NCBI GenBank assembly: GCA_964016885.1
Contig: OZ024743.1
Coordinates: 262,942,001 to 263,006,000 of the forward strand
Length of the DNA: 64,000 nucleotides
Source of the DNA: Eledone cirrhosa
Lineage: Eukaryota
Reading direction: 5' to 3'
The notes under the pieces were generated by a model that was given only the letters and a program-made list of their open reading frames with translations, searched no databases and was not told the origin of the DNA. The position numbers and the translations under genes are program-made. Positions 1 to 12,780 of the stretch are shown here, in pieces (the first letter of the stretch is position 1; each line of letters opens with the position of its first letter).

Positions 1-362
1 CAGTCCTTCGGAACAACCCCATTCTGTATGACTTGGTTTACTATCCGGGTGACCATGGTGTATCCCACCGTTCCAGAGGCCTTCAGCATCTCAGCGACTA
101 TTTCCGAAGGCCCAGCCGCCTTACCCGTCTTCATATCTTTGATCACCTTACTTATTATACTACCTTCAACTAACACTGCTGGTCCCTCTATTGGATCGAT
201 CTGGGGGAGACTATCCTTCTCCCATTTATTCTCCTCATTTAGTAGCCTCTCGTAGTGACACTTCCAAGCGACCTTCTTATCAGCGTCAGTGATGGCGAGT
301 ACGCCATCATCATTTAGTACACACTTCTCCCCAACAATATCACGGTCTTCCCTTGACACATT
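1..362 (-). mobile_element. RTE-clade LINE fragment (region upstream of the RT core)
   Basis: Minus strand encodes IKDMKTGKAAGPSEIVAEMLKA and WKCHYERLLNEEN, typical of LINE ORF2 before the RT domain. Confidence 0.8.
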
Positions 363-904
363 GCCTATATATATATATATACATCTGTATTATTGCTACC
401 TTAGGCATTGAATTGGCAGTATTAGAAGTGAGTCGGATGCCATGCTTTGCAGCACAGACTTACGGTCCTTTGCAGTTTGAGTTCAAATCCCATGGAAGTT
501 AACTTTGCCTTTCATCCATACAGGGTCGATAAAATAAAGCACCAATAATCCACTGGGATAATTGCTGGCCTTGTGCCAAAAGTAGAAACAATTATATATA
601 TTTAAATAAATCCAGCAATTTAAATAAATACTTACACCTCATTACCTGGACCAATTGATTTTGACCCCTGAAAATATCTGCCAATTACAAGTAGAAATTG
701 ATTATTAGCAAATCAGGACCAGGGGTACTTCTCAAGAAGTAGTTCCAATAATAGCCAAAAATTCTCATCATGTCTATACTAAGGTGAAGCCGTGTTTGAT
801 AGTAGCTGATAAGAATAGGCTATTAGGGAGGTTTGGTGGAAGGATGCTAAAAATAGCAGCACTTCGCTCAGCCAATCAGAACAACTCAACCCATCAAATC
901 ACGG

Positions 905-1623
905 TATCAAGAAAGGCAGACTGTATGATGCGTGTATACGAACAGCAATGTTACATGGTAGTGAGACCTGGGCGCTGTCTGTGGAATACCTGCATGCTCC
1001 AATGGATGTGTAATAGTAATATACGCAAACGGCAAAGCATAGAGTCTGAGCATAAGAGGAATCAAATGCTGTATGCAGGAGAGGCAGTTGCGTTGGTATG
1101 AACATGTGATACGTATGAAGGATGACAGCTGCATAAAAAGGTGCAGAGCATTAGAAGTCGATGGAAACCGCGGAGTGGGGAGACCCAAGAAGACCTGCGA
1201 TGAGGTGGTAAAAGCCGACCTTACCCAATTACACCTCTCAAAGGTGATGAGACATGACTGTGACCTCTGGCGTCACGCAGTAATACAGAAGACCCGACCC
1301 CCCACGGGTACAAGCCGAAGCTGAAGCATATAGACAATATGCCCCCACACCCTCCCACTGCAAAGTGGTTGTGGAGGTGCCACGGCAAAAAAGCACCCAG
1401 TCCACACTGTAAAGTGGACGTGTAGGCACCACGGACAAAAAGCACCCAGCACCCACTGTAAATGAGGTTGGTGTTAGGAAGGGCATCCAGCTGTAGAAAT
1501 CAAGCCAGAATCAGTTCCCTTATGAGCAAGGCATGGTCAGCCGACCGGCTACTGCCCACAACAGGACAACCCGTCTAACCCATGCTAGCGTGGAAGAACG
1601 GACGTAAAACGGTGATGATGATG
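905..1623 (+). mobile_element. 5'-truncated RTE LINE 3' end (ORF2 C-terminus, 3' UTR, (GAT)n tail)
   Basis: Highly similar to 13670-14420, with deletions and frameshifts. Confidence 0.9.
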
Positions 1624-2079
1624 AAACATTGGTATTATTTTCTATCTTCATATTATGTCAAAAACTGAGTGTGCTATTTCAAAGACTAGGGGGGAAAAAA
1701 GAAGAAAGGTGCCTTCTTATGGGCTAAATTTGTTGATTCTGGATTTGTACATATCTTTTTTCCAATTATATTTAAAAACAGTCTGAAGTTTAGTCTGTGC
1801 CAAGAGTCTCGAAAATCAGTGGCAGACTTTATTTGGTCCTAGTGCCAGTATCTATTTATCAGTTGTTCACACCAATTGACTTTATTTGGTCTTAGTTTTA
1901 GTTGGTGTCATGCTGCAAAGCAGAGAAACCAGAAAAGTACTGTTGTCATCATTATTTTTGCTTTCCATTATGACATGGATTGGATGGGTCCTTACTGTCC
2001 ATGATTAGGTTAGAGAAACATGTCATGTTTATGTTCCATATTTTGGCATGATTCCTATAGCTGAATGCTCCTTTTAATA

Positions 2080-2375
2080 CCAACCACTTTACAGTGTGTA
2101 CTTGGTGCACTTTAACATAATACCAGGATCACCATGTTACAGAGTGTACTGGGTGTATTTTAACATGGCACCAGTGCTGCCACTTTACAGAATACTTGGT
2201 GCATTTTAACATGGCACCAACATTATCACTGTACAGAGTGTACTGGATGTACTTTATTACGGCACCAACTAAAACTAAAACTTTATAGGGTGTACTGGAT
2301 GCATTTTAACATGACACCAGTGCTCCCACTTTACAGAGTGTATTGGGTGTATTTTAACATGGCACCAGTGCTAGA
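2080..2375 (-). repeat. Tandem array of about 43-bp units (CCACTTTACAGAGTGTACTGGGTGCATTTTAACATGGCACCAGTG-like), about 7 copies
   Basis: Visible periodicity. The unit resembles the reverse complement of the internal repeat of the RTE/SINE 3' UTR. Confidence 0.75.
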
Positions 2376-4214
2376 GAGGTTGTCATGTATAACAAGCAGC
2401 TACATTTCCTCCACATCAAACCCTACAGCTGAGCTTTCCAAACATTTCACATTGACTTTTTAAAAATAAAATTTTTCACAACATATTTATTTCAATAGTG
2501 AAATAAATAATGGAACATGTATATGAGAAGAGACAATTTAACGAGCTTGAATGCTGAGTTGTCAGATCAATAATATACTTTTTAGCTAAGTATTCATAAA
2601 ATATCAGATTTGATTTAATTTTGCAATACATCTTGCGATTGTTGGTAACACTTTTTCCACACACAGTTAAGAAACTTCTGTCCTGTAGTCATAAAAAAAA
2701 TGAAAGAAAAAGGAACTTATTGACTTATGTACTCTTATAAACACTTAATAAAAGCTGTGATGGTCACAGCTGGAATTGTCATCGATAATGTTTACTCAAT
2801 CAAGGCTCAATAATAACAGAAGCATTTTTATAAAATAGTGTTTTGTTTGAAAGCTACCACAGTGTGAATTGGGTAGTAAATGTTAAAAATATGACAATAT
2901 CATATTTTTAACAAGGTGTTACCTTGCAGTTCTTTATAAGTCCTTATATTTCAGGATAAAACCCCTTCTTCAAAAACATTAAGAGAAGAAACTAGTTTGG
3001 AGCTGTATATTTTTTTGTCACTCTTGAACTGCCATTTTTGAAATTTAAAAGTTGTGGGGTTTTTTTTTAACACAGGAAATAGTGATATGTGATTTATGTT
3101 CTGACCTAAGCTATTGTATATTTTTTAAAAGGAATGAAGTGTTGTACTGTGTATGTCTATGTTGTTTATCACCTGTTAGATCTATGATAAAAAGGGTTTC
3201 AACCATGACTACATTATCCAATGTCTCCCCTTTTATTTTGAGATGGTTGCCTGTATTTCTAACAGATCAAATGGCCATTTAGAGATTCTCTTGTTAGGAA
3301 GGGTATCCAGCTGTAGAAACCAAGCCAAAATACAGGTCTGTATAAGCAAAATGTGGTCTCCTGACCCGACATGTCTCAACAGAACTCGTCTAACCCATGA
3401 TAATGATGATAATATATATTTATATGATACTTTCTCTTATTTTCATTCTTTGTTATATCTGTATCATTGTCAGTACTGAGATTCTTCAATCTTAAGTTGG
3501 TTGTTGAGTGTTAAAGTAGCACCTGACTTCACCCATGTCAGAAAGTGAAGGAAATTCTAACATGTTTGCCAATCACATGTTCTCTCTTTCTAAATTATTT
3601 TCAGTTTTTAATTCAAAGCATATTAGATAACAGCATATCTAAATACATTTTCACATGCTGTGATTTAAAACATTGCAGATGAGAATACTTGACTGCTAGT
3701 TTGAAAGGTCATTTTGTTTGTATATTACAATGTGTCAATGACAAATATAAACTGTCAAATATCTGTCTAACTGGAAGTAAATAGGTCCCATGGGAGGAAG
3801 GTACAACTCAGTGCTGTAAGAAGCAGTGGCAGGGATGTGAGTTAGTGGTAGATTCAGTAAAGGCAGTGTTATAGTTTTCACTTCTGAGTATCATACATTG
3901 TAAGGTGAGCTAGTGGTAGATTGTGTATTGTCCAAATATGAGAAACATCATACTCTTTTATGTGTTCCAGCAGACAGGCTAAGGCTATGCAGGGGCACCA
4001 CCATTATAATAATAATGAAAATTGTGTACAGTGCTCAGATGATGCACAACAACTCATCAAAAGTGCATGTAAAGTACATAGAATAATGTACACATGTCAG
4101 GAAAGTGAATAGTGTATAAGTCATGATATCCACACAGACACACACGTGTGTATCTGTATGGAGGGGGAATATCAGGTGTAGTGTTGGCGAAGAGTCTACA
4201 TTTTAATATTCTTC

Positions 4215-4515
4215 AATACTTCTTTATTGAGTAAATTTTTTTTTTATGCAGCTATCATTCTTTCCAACTAAATTAAGTATATATGTGCGTGAGTTTTCTT
4301 CTCTTTCTTTTAATTTTGAATTTTGATTGGCCACCTTCTTAGTGGCAAAGTTTTGTTGTTCCTTGGAGTGTAAGAATGCTTTACAGATTTTGCAGGTTCC
4401 TGATATGGCCATTTGTAGCTTATGGATTAAGGAGCTACATTCTTTCACCAAAAATCTAAGCTCAGTCATAGTTTGGTTCAGGTGGCTTAGTAAATATCCT
4501 GTAGCTCCACTAATG
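4215..4515 (-). mobile_element. R4/Dong-like (RLE endonuclease) non-LTR element C-terminal fragment
   Basis: LIHKLQ..ISGTCKICKAFL resembles the C-terminus LVRKLQVQSINGTVKICKTF of the copy at 24377. Confidence 0.6.
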
Positions 4516-6492
4516 ACAGGTGTGTGTGTGTGTGTTGAGACTTGATCTCAAAAGGTGTGCGTGTGTTGAGACTTGATCACAAATGAGATGGTAAAGGAAC
4601 ATGACAAGTGGCTGAAAGCTGTGCTGGAGAAGTCTTGTTGAACCCATGCAAGCATGGAAAAGTAGATGGTAAACATGAGGATGATGGTGATATATATCTA
4701 TACATACATGCATGAATATATAAATTCACCCAGTCTACCCTGTAACGTGGTAGTGTTGGTGTCAAAAGAAAAAGGCTCCGAGTACACACTACATGGTGGT
4801 TGGCATTAAAATGGGCATCCAGCCATAGAAAAGTAAGCTAAAAACAGCTATGTGTAAGATGGAATTACCTGACCTGTCTGGCCTCATAATGTGACAGCCT
4901 GTCTAACCCATTGCAAGCATGGAAAATAGACATTAACAGTGATGATAATGATTTCTACTATAGGCACAAGGCCAGCAATTTCTTGGGGGCAGGGAAAGTC
5001 GATTAAATCGACCACAGTACATTACTAGTGCTTTATTTTATCACCCCCATAAGGAAGGCAAAACTAACCTCGGCAGGATTTGAACTCAGAACGCAAAGGG
5101 CCATAACTCTATGCTGCAAAGTATGGTTTCTGACGCTATACCGATACTGCCTATCCACCGGAAGGAAAATGAGATAATGTACATAAGATGAGAAATATAA
5201 AATTAAATAGGAGAGAAAGATAGATAGATAGACATACATACATACAGATAGATAGAGAGAAAGAGAAAAAAAAAAGAGGTATGTAGATTTTAAAGATGAA
5301 ATGGCTTATGTTTATAAAACGGAAGTAAAATATTTTTAGATGGGGTATAAAAAGTTTGTTCTTTGCAAGGTGAATATATTTGGAGTCTGTAATTGAATGG
5401 TGAAATCGAAAATATGCCTGTTGGTCAAAATATACTGTATATCACATTTTGTAAAGCAGCATGATGTCTCCTGTTGTTGTTTTTTTAATCTAACGATGTT
5501 AAGATTTCTTTTATCCTTATGCTATGTGAGAGTCTTCTATTATTCTTTGGGACACAAATATTTCTGTAACAATCATAGCTTTGTTAATTGAATGATTTAC
5601 ATTATTTTGAGAAAGAATCAAACAAGATAAGAGGCAGAGTCGGAACATCAGATAGAATGCTTTGAGGAATTTGTTTTGGGTCTCTACGCTTCTCTGGGTT
5701 CAACTTTTCCTTTCATCTTTTTGAGGAGGATGAAAGAAGAACCAGTCTGGTACTGGGGTCGATTCTCCCTCCACATCTCTTTCTGACTTCCTATCTATCT
5801 AGCTCTTCTCTAGAAGAAATCAGCTATGTTTAGACATCACAAGGAGATATGGATCTATACGTACATACAACCAAGATAGCTATGGCTATATGTCCGTCTT
5901 AACGGCAGCTACTTTTGTGTCTTATTTCTCAAAAGTCGTGAGAGTGAATTTAAAACTGGAAACATTGATTATATCTTGCATGAGACGTTGGTGGTTATCT
6001 CCCTTACATCTTTATGATAAGTAGGCAATGTCAGCGAAGATAGAATAACTGTTTACTTTTAGAAACAAAATTTAAGGAAAAAAAAAGATAATGATGATAA
6101 TAACTTATAAGTCCACAGAGAACAATATATCTACCAAGGAAATGGAGAAATTATCGAAACATAGTAACCCCCCCCCCCCAAAAAAAAATGTGTTGAATCA
6201 GCTTACTTTAAGCTAACATATTTTACACACACACACACACATATGTGTGTATAAATATAAATACAGTTACACACATACATAGACACACTCACATATGAAG
6301 CATTGCAAATGTTGCAATCAAAGAACGCTGCCCCCTCCTTTCATTGTCCAACACAAATTTTCCCTTCTTTTTTAAAGTCTCAATTCGTCTTATCTTTCAT
6401 ATCTTTTCTACCCATTACTCAGGCAGATATAATTATATTTTTTTCTGTATAAGAATTCAGTATGAACTCAAACATGTAAATCTCTATTATAG

Positions 6493-6550
6493 AGTTGGAT
6501 TTGCTGCAGAATTAATTGCAAGATGGGTTGGTGAAAGAACGGATATTCAG
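6493..6550 (+). CDS. TUSC3: TUSC3/MAGT1-like (OST3/OST6 family) exon, end of the thioredoxin-like luminal domain: (R)VGFAAELIARWVGERTDIQ
   Basis: tattatag acceptor and CAG|gtaaat donor. The peptide resembles the family motif RIGFAAEQLAKWIADRTDV and ends in phase 0, in frame with the next exon. The symbol is family-level: TUSC3 vs MAGT1 cannot be resolved for an invertebrate co-orthologue. Confidence 0.88.
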
Positions 6551-6747
6551 GTAAATTTCTGAAATATTCTAAGCATCTTTTTATTGTTTATCTTTTTAGA
6601 TTTATCTTTTGATTTTAATTTGTAATATGCATTCCTGCTGAAATATTAAGAATTATAATTAAAAATCTGAAGTTAAGAAATGGTATATAGTAAGTTTAAA
6701 GATTGTCACCTGCTAGAAAAGCTTATTTAGGTGTATTATTTTAAAAG

Positions 6748-7140
6748 GGGCGGTGGATTGGCCGTATCGGTAGAGGGTCTGATGCCATGCTTTGCAGCAA
6801 AGAGTTACGGCCCTTTATGATCTGAGTTCAAATCCCACCGAGGTTAACTTTGTCTTTCATCCTTACGGGATCGATAAAATAAAGTACCAGTAATACACTC
6901 GGATAATTGCTGGCCTTGTGCCAAATGTAGAAACAATTATTTTAAAAGTGGCGGTGTATTGGCAGTATTGGTAGAGGGTCGGACGCCATGCTTTGCAGCA
7001 AAGAGTTACGGCCCTTGCCATTCTGAGTTCAAATCCCGCTGAGGTTAACTTTGCCTTTCATCCTTACGGGGTCGATAAAATAAAGTACCAGTAGTGCACT
7101 GGGTAATTTCTGGCCTTGTGCCAAAAGTAGAAACAATTAT
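6748..7140 (+). mobile_element. Two tandem copies of a tRNA-derived SINE (MetaSINE-like central domain)
   Basis: A-box TGGCAGTATTGG, B-box GAGTTCAAATCC, conserved GCCTTTCATCCTTACGGGGTCGATAAAATAAAGTACC core. Further copies at about 405-590, 4950-5160(-), 8330-8540, 18610-18730, 20960-21146(-), 33410-33515, 33828-34035, 37455-37845, 38790-38968(-), 49927-50130, 58800-59020. The superfamily name is from memory. Confidence 0.85.
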
Positions 7141-10100
7141 TTTAAAAATAGCTCTATCAATTCCAGTAACATAACAGAGAATATGATAATATATATATAT
7201 ATATTATCATCACCATTTAACCTGGGAAGGCAGGTCCTCTGTATTACTGCATAATGCCAGAGATCATGATCCTGTGTCATCACCTTTGAGGGGTGTAATT
7301 GTGCAAGGTCAGCTTTTATTATCCCATACCAGTGTGTGTTTACGTATAATATACAAAAATCCTATATATATTATATATATATTATTACTCATAAGATGGC
7401 AAATTGGTAGTAGTTGTTTTAGCTCTTTGCAAATTACAAAGTTGAAGGAAATTTTGAATTTCCATTACTGATCTTTGAAAATATCTAATATTCTCATGTT
7501 TAATAGGAAAACAACTCAACATCCCTTTGTTTGTTTGACTTTTTGACTGCAATTTTTTGTTGGGATTTCACTGGAATAATTGCAAATGTCTTATTTTCAA
7601 TTATCTTTGACAAGAGCTGTGGATTGGCAGAATCATTAGAGAATCAAACAAAATGTTATGTGTTCTGGTTCTTTACTTTCTGAGATCAAAGCTGCTGATA
7701 TCTATTTTACCTTTTAAGTGGCAAGTAGGGTGGCATTATCAGATTCACCATACTCGAGTGTATCTATTTTCAGGCTGTAAAGTTGTTAGCAATCTAACAT
7801 TCAATACAAGTAAAGGTTTTGCCATTATCAATGGTTCTCAAGTTAAAACAACTACCTTATTTATTTTACTTTTCCTAATGTAAATGTTGTGTCATGTAAC
7901 ATTCCTATCAGAAAAAGGAAAACAAATTGCAATGTTAATTCCAGTTCTGTTATTTTGATGTTAAACTGCCTGAAACCACTCTCAGTTCTTTGATACAAAA
8001 CTATTTATTTTAAAGTGTTAAGGTTTTTCTAAAATGCTTCCATCATAATTTTATGCAAGAAACTTTGTTAATTTGGTCCAAACACCAGCTTAATAATGAG
8101 GAAATTAGTTATTTTACTAAATCCCTCCAAATTCTTGATTATTAAAAAAATTATTTGAAATTCATAGGTGGTGTCTTTCATTAGAAATATGGTAACAAAA
8201 AAGTTAAACATACAGAGATAAAATATCTTAAAAGAGATTGATGTTATTGAAATTATCATACCCTGTCAAAGTATATGACCCTTAATTTGTGGCCTTATGC
8301 CAATGCTTAAAATTATTATTATTAAAAATGTAAACTGGCAGTAATGGTAGCGCGTTGGATGACATGCTTTGCAGCATAGAGTTACAGTCCTTTACATTCT
8401 GCATGTAAATTCCACTGAGGTTAGCTTTGGTTTTTTTTCATCCTTACGGGGTAAAGTACCAGTAACATACTGGAGTCATTTTAATCGACTTTCCCCTCCC
8501 CAAAAATAATTGGCTTTGTGCCAAATGTAGAAACTATTATTAAAAGATGGAATTACATTACTGATTTTCTTTTTATATTCATCATTATTTAAAAATCGGA
8601 ACTGCTAACTGGTTAACTTTGGTAATTACCATATCAATAATTATAATTATAGTATTCAATTTTTTTCGTTTGTTTTAAATATATCTTGTTCTTAATTTGG
8701 TGAACATTTTGATTTTGTAATGGATGTTTCTTACAAATATGAAGTAGAGAGTGAAATCTTTTTTTTTTTTTTAATGAATAAAGCAAATTAGAACAAGCAG
8801 TTATGTATCTTGCACATGAGCACAACACAAGGGTTTCCATTCCTTTTCTTTCAGTTTACCCTGTGGTGACATTTTGAAACTAAATTTACCTCCACCCTGT
8901 TTAGTAATTTGGGTTTACACCTCTACCATAATGCAGCAGCTGATAAAGGGGATACTTTAAAATTCACTTACTTATGAAAAAACTAATGATGAACAGATAC
9001 CACTGGTACTATTGCCAAATACAGTATTCAATATGGACACAGTGCTCATTGAAACTCCTAGATTGTTAAAATTAAAATGTTGGAACGAAATAGAAAACAA
9101 ATTAGTATTTTAACAAATAAAATGAACCTACCTCAGATGGTTCTTAATTATATTTAAAATATATGCATACAAATTCAGAGTCAGAAAAATCACTCTCTGC
9201 ATAAAATTAACTTAATTTTGAGAACTCTTATCCATTATCTCATATCCATTGTTTTTTTTAAATTTATGAATTGGAAGTGATGTGGAGAATTTGTTGCTTC
9301 CGTTTAAAAAAATTCCATTGGTCTACACATGTGTATAACAGAAACCTCATGGGTTACTGTATGGTTATTTAAGCAATCCAAGAAGATAGTTTTCCCTGTC
9401 TTATTTGCATTAAGTGTTTTGAATAAAAAGATATATGTTTTTTGGGCTTGCTCCATTGGATCTATAATATTAACCTGAGGGTAAGGAGGAGCATGAGTGA
9501 TCTTAGACAGACAACAACTAATTATTGAAGACATCAGCTGGTGTGTGCAGGAATGACAAGAAACAGCTGTGATGGTATGGTCAGTAGTTGCTGATTAAAA
9601 ACTGTTATGTGCTGCCAGTGGAAGATACCTAAGAAACAGGGAGATGAGGGAGGAACTGTTAGAATTAGATCTCAAGATGTGGAATATCACAGATAAAATT
9701 AAAAACTGGTAAATATACTGTAGAATAAATCTTTTCAAGCAGCTCTGTTTGAGTACTCAGTCTGACAACCCAATCAACCATTGCTAGCAGGGTGTTAAAT
9801 GATGATGATGACATGTTGAAATAGAATGTTAAAAAAATGATAAAAGATTTTTTTCCTCCCTTCTAAATAATTTCTTTAAAAACTGTTTTTGAAAGCTATC
9901 ATAATGACTGCAAATGTTAAAAATATAATAAAGATGTTGGGATGTTACTTTGCAGTTCTTTATAGGGCCTTATATTTTGGGAAAAAATGGCAGCTTAAGA
10001 ATGCCCCCAAAATATACAACTCTGAACTACTAGTTTCATCTATTAATCTTTTGATGAAGGGATTTTTATCCCAATATATAAGGACCTATAATAAACTGCA

Positions 10101-10272
10101 AGGTAACATCCCAACATTGTTATCATATTTTTAACATTTACCATCGAATTCATGTTGAGGTAGCCTTCAAACAAAACACTATTTTCTACACTTTACACAG
10201 TTCTTCAAGCAAATTACAATACTTTCTTAAACTCTGTTACACTTATATTTGTTTTGTTTTTTTCTTTTAAAG

Positions 10273-10413
10273 ATTCGAGTATTCCGTCCACCCAATTACT
10301 CTGGAACCTTGGCTGTTGCGTTACTTTTTTCTCTCGTTGGTGGTCTGTTATATTTAAAAAGAAATAATTTAGACTTTTTGTATAACAAAACATCATGGGG
10401 AATTGGAGCTATG
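10273..10413 (+). CDS. TUSC3: TUSC3/MAGT1-like exon ('5', 141 nt): [47 protein letters not shown] (TM1)
   Basis: Polypyrimidine tract plus aag acceptor, ATG|gtaagt donor, phase 0-0. Near-identical to the family [11 protein letters not shown]...VGGLLYL.RNNL motif. Confidence 0.96.
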
Positions 10414-10471
10414 GTAAGTTTTGTTATTGTTGATGTCTTCATTTATAGTTGTATTTCTATACATATTCTAT

Positions 10472-10820
10472 GAGACACATGGCTTAGTGGTTAGAGCATT
10501 GGCCTTGCAATCGAAAGGTTGTGAGTTCAATTCTCAGACCGGGTGATGTGTTGTTTCCTTGAGCAAGACACTTTATTTCACATTGCTCCAGTTTACTCAG
10601 CTGTAGAAATGAGATGATAGGGACTGGGGTCCCTATCATTCCACTGCAAAGTGGTCGTGGAGGTGCCACGGAAAAAAAGCACCCAGCACTCACTGTCAAT
10701 GAGGTTGGTGTTAGGAAGGGCATCCAGCTGTAGAAATCGAGCCAGAATCAGTTCCCGTCCCACCCTTGCAAGCAGGGAAAAGCGGATGTAAAATGAAATG
10801 ATGATGCTGATGATGATGAT
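10472..10820 (+). mobile_element. tRNA-derived SINE (CORE-like body) with RTE-derived 3' end and (GAT)n tail
   Basis: TGGCTTAGTGG A-box, GAGTTCAATTC B-box, CCTTGAGCAAGACACTT body. The 3' half matches the RTE 3' UTR at 14150-14300. Near-identical inverted copies at about 21690-22020 and 17990-18275; relatives at about 32150-32480 and 47550-47830. Confidence 0.85.
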
Positions 10821-12467
10821 TCTCACTAGCTGGTTACATATACAGCTGGAACTTGTTCCTAAAACATATTTGCACAATTTGCTATGAATTTCTCAAGGAG
10901 AAAACCCAAACATTCTTCAGCTGGGTGTTGTGTTCTTGAGCAACATACTTTATTTCATGTTGCTCTACCTGCCAGAAGTTGTGCCCAGCAGATAATATCA
11001 GCAAGGGAAAGATCAATGGATGCATTGTTTTTGCAGTTTGACCTGATGATCGATATATTTTGTTTCTTTTTCATACTACAGTTTCTGGTAGCCTTAAGAG
11101 ACACCTGTGGAGTCACCTGCTTAGTTTTGTTTTCATGGCATTTAGTATGTGTGAGAGAAGTACTCCTCTTGGTTAGAATGCTAAGCCAAACTCAGCTAAC
11201 ATTCTCCAATAACCTGGTATCTCTCTTTGATAGTTAATGCAAGACATGCTGCCACTCAACGGAACATATATAGTAGATGGGCTGGTAATCCAAGGCTATA
11301 TTGATTAAGCTGTCTTGGTTCTAGAGATGTCCCTGCGTTTTACATGTTACACTACTCTGCACCCATCCTTCATCTATTTATCACACAACATTTTCTTGTT
11401 ACATTATATTCACATATCACATGTCCTATTGGCCTTCTTTATCAAATGTCATCATCCAGTTTTTTTGTTTGTTTTTGTTTTATTGGGTAGTAAGGAGGAA
11501 GTGGATGTAGCGAATTGGCAGAATGTTTCATAGAATGCTTTGTGGTGTTTGTTCTGGTTTGTGTTCAAATCCTGCCACGGTCAATTTTACTTTTCATCCT
11601 TTTGAGATCAATAAATAGAGTATGTGTCATGTACTGGGGTCGTTTATTTTATGTCTCTTTCTCACATCATCTCTATCACTCCTTCTCTTGAAGAAATCAG
11701 TTGTGTTTAGATCTGGAGAAGAGGTGGCCTCTGCCAGGGATTTAAAAAAATGCCAAAGAAATGCTTTATGTCACTATGGAACCCCCATGACTCCATCAGG
11801 AGATACAAGTTAAAGCAAAACAAGAAGGAAGAGCTGTCTTTATGACTTTTTTATTTGTAGGAGGGAGAGAGAAAAATGTTCTCAAACTGCAGATTTAGTT
11901 TGAATGCGTGTGTGACAGTGGACTCTGCTAAAGACATCTAAGGATCAGGAGAGGGTGTTAAATCTACCACCTATGTAGGCCACAGTAGGATTTGAATTAA
12001 AAATGTAAGTTCTGTACGAGCGAGACATGGTCTCCCGACCAATCTTGCCTCAAGAGGGACAAAACCGTCCAACCCATGCTAGCGTGGAAGATGGACGTTA
12101 AACGATGATGATGATGGAGGAGCAAGAATAAATACTGTAAAGCATCCTTGCCAATACTGTAATGATTCCACTGGTCCACTGCTCTAGATTGACTCTTTAA
12201 CAGCCATGAAGGATACAAGTTGACTTCAGTTGGATTTGAACTTAGAAGACAGTACAGCAAGGCATTTCATCCAGCTTTCTAAAGCCTCGACCAGTCCACC
12301 AACCACCTGTTGAATTGTTTTAATATATCACATACCGTCCCTCTTCTTATTTATCCTATGTCATATATCATTATATCACCATATTGTTTATCCCATAGCT
12401 ATGTTAATGTTCCCAGCTGAAGATTGCTTCTAATATTCCAATATTTTTCATCTTTTTCTCTTTCCAG

Positions 12468-12557
12468 ATCATTATATTTGCAATGACATCAGGTCAGATG
12501 TGGAATCATATCCGAGGACCTCCATTCATGCATAGAAATCCACACACAGGTCAAATG
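12468..12557 (+). CDS. TUSC3: TUSC3/MAGT1-like exon ('6', 90 nt): [30 protein letters not shown]
   Basis: tctttttctctttccag acceptor and ATG|gtaaga U2 donor. Carries the [12 protein letters not shown] signature of the OST3/OST6 family. Confidence 0.97.
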
Positions 12558-12780
12558 GTAAGACTGTTTATTTTAGCCTGTTTTTGTGTATTTCCAAAAC
12601 TAAAATAATTAGAACATAATTTTGCTAACTTGGTTTGTTCGTTTTTTTTTCTTTTTTTTTATATAGTTGCCTTAATTGAAGCCATCAATATCAAACTGTA
12701 ATACTTTCTCCTTTTTTTTTTTTAGAAGAAATATTTGAAACAGTTTACAGCTGTTACATTTGTTCTTATATTTATTCAAG

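Noticed and set aside
2080-2375. Regularly spaced ~43-bp repeats resembling a CRISPR array
   Set aside because: Units are contiguous with no unique spacers, derive from a retroelement 3' UTR, and no cas genes are present.
10478-10550. tRNA gene
   Set aside because: A/B boxes are present but there is no proper cloverleaf. It continues into a SINE body and tail and is multicopy.
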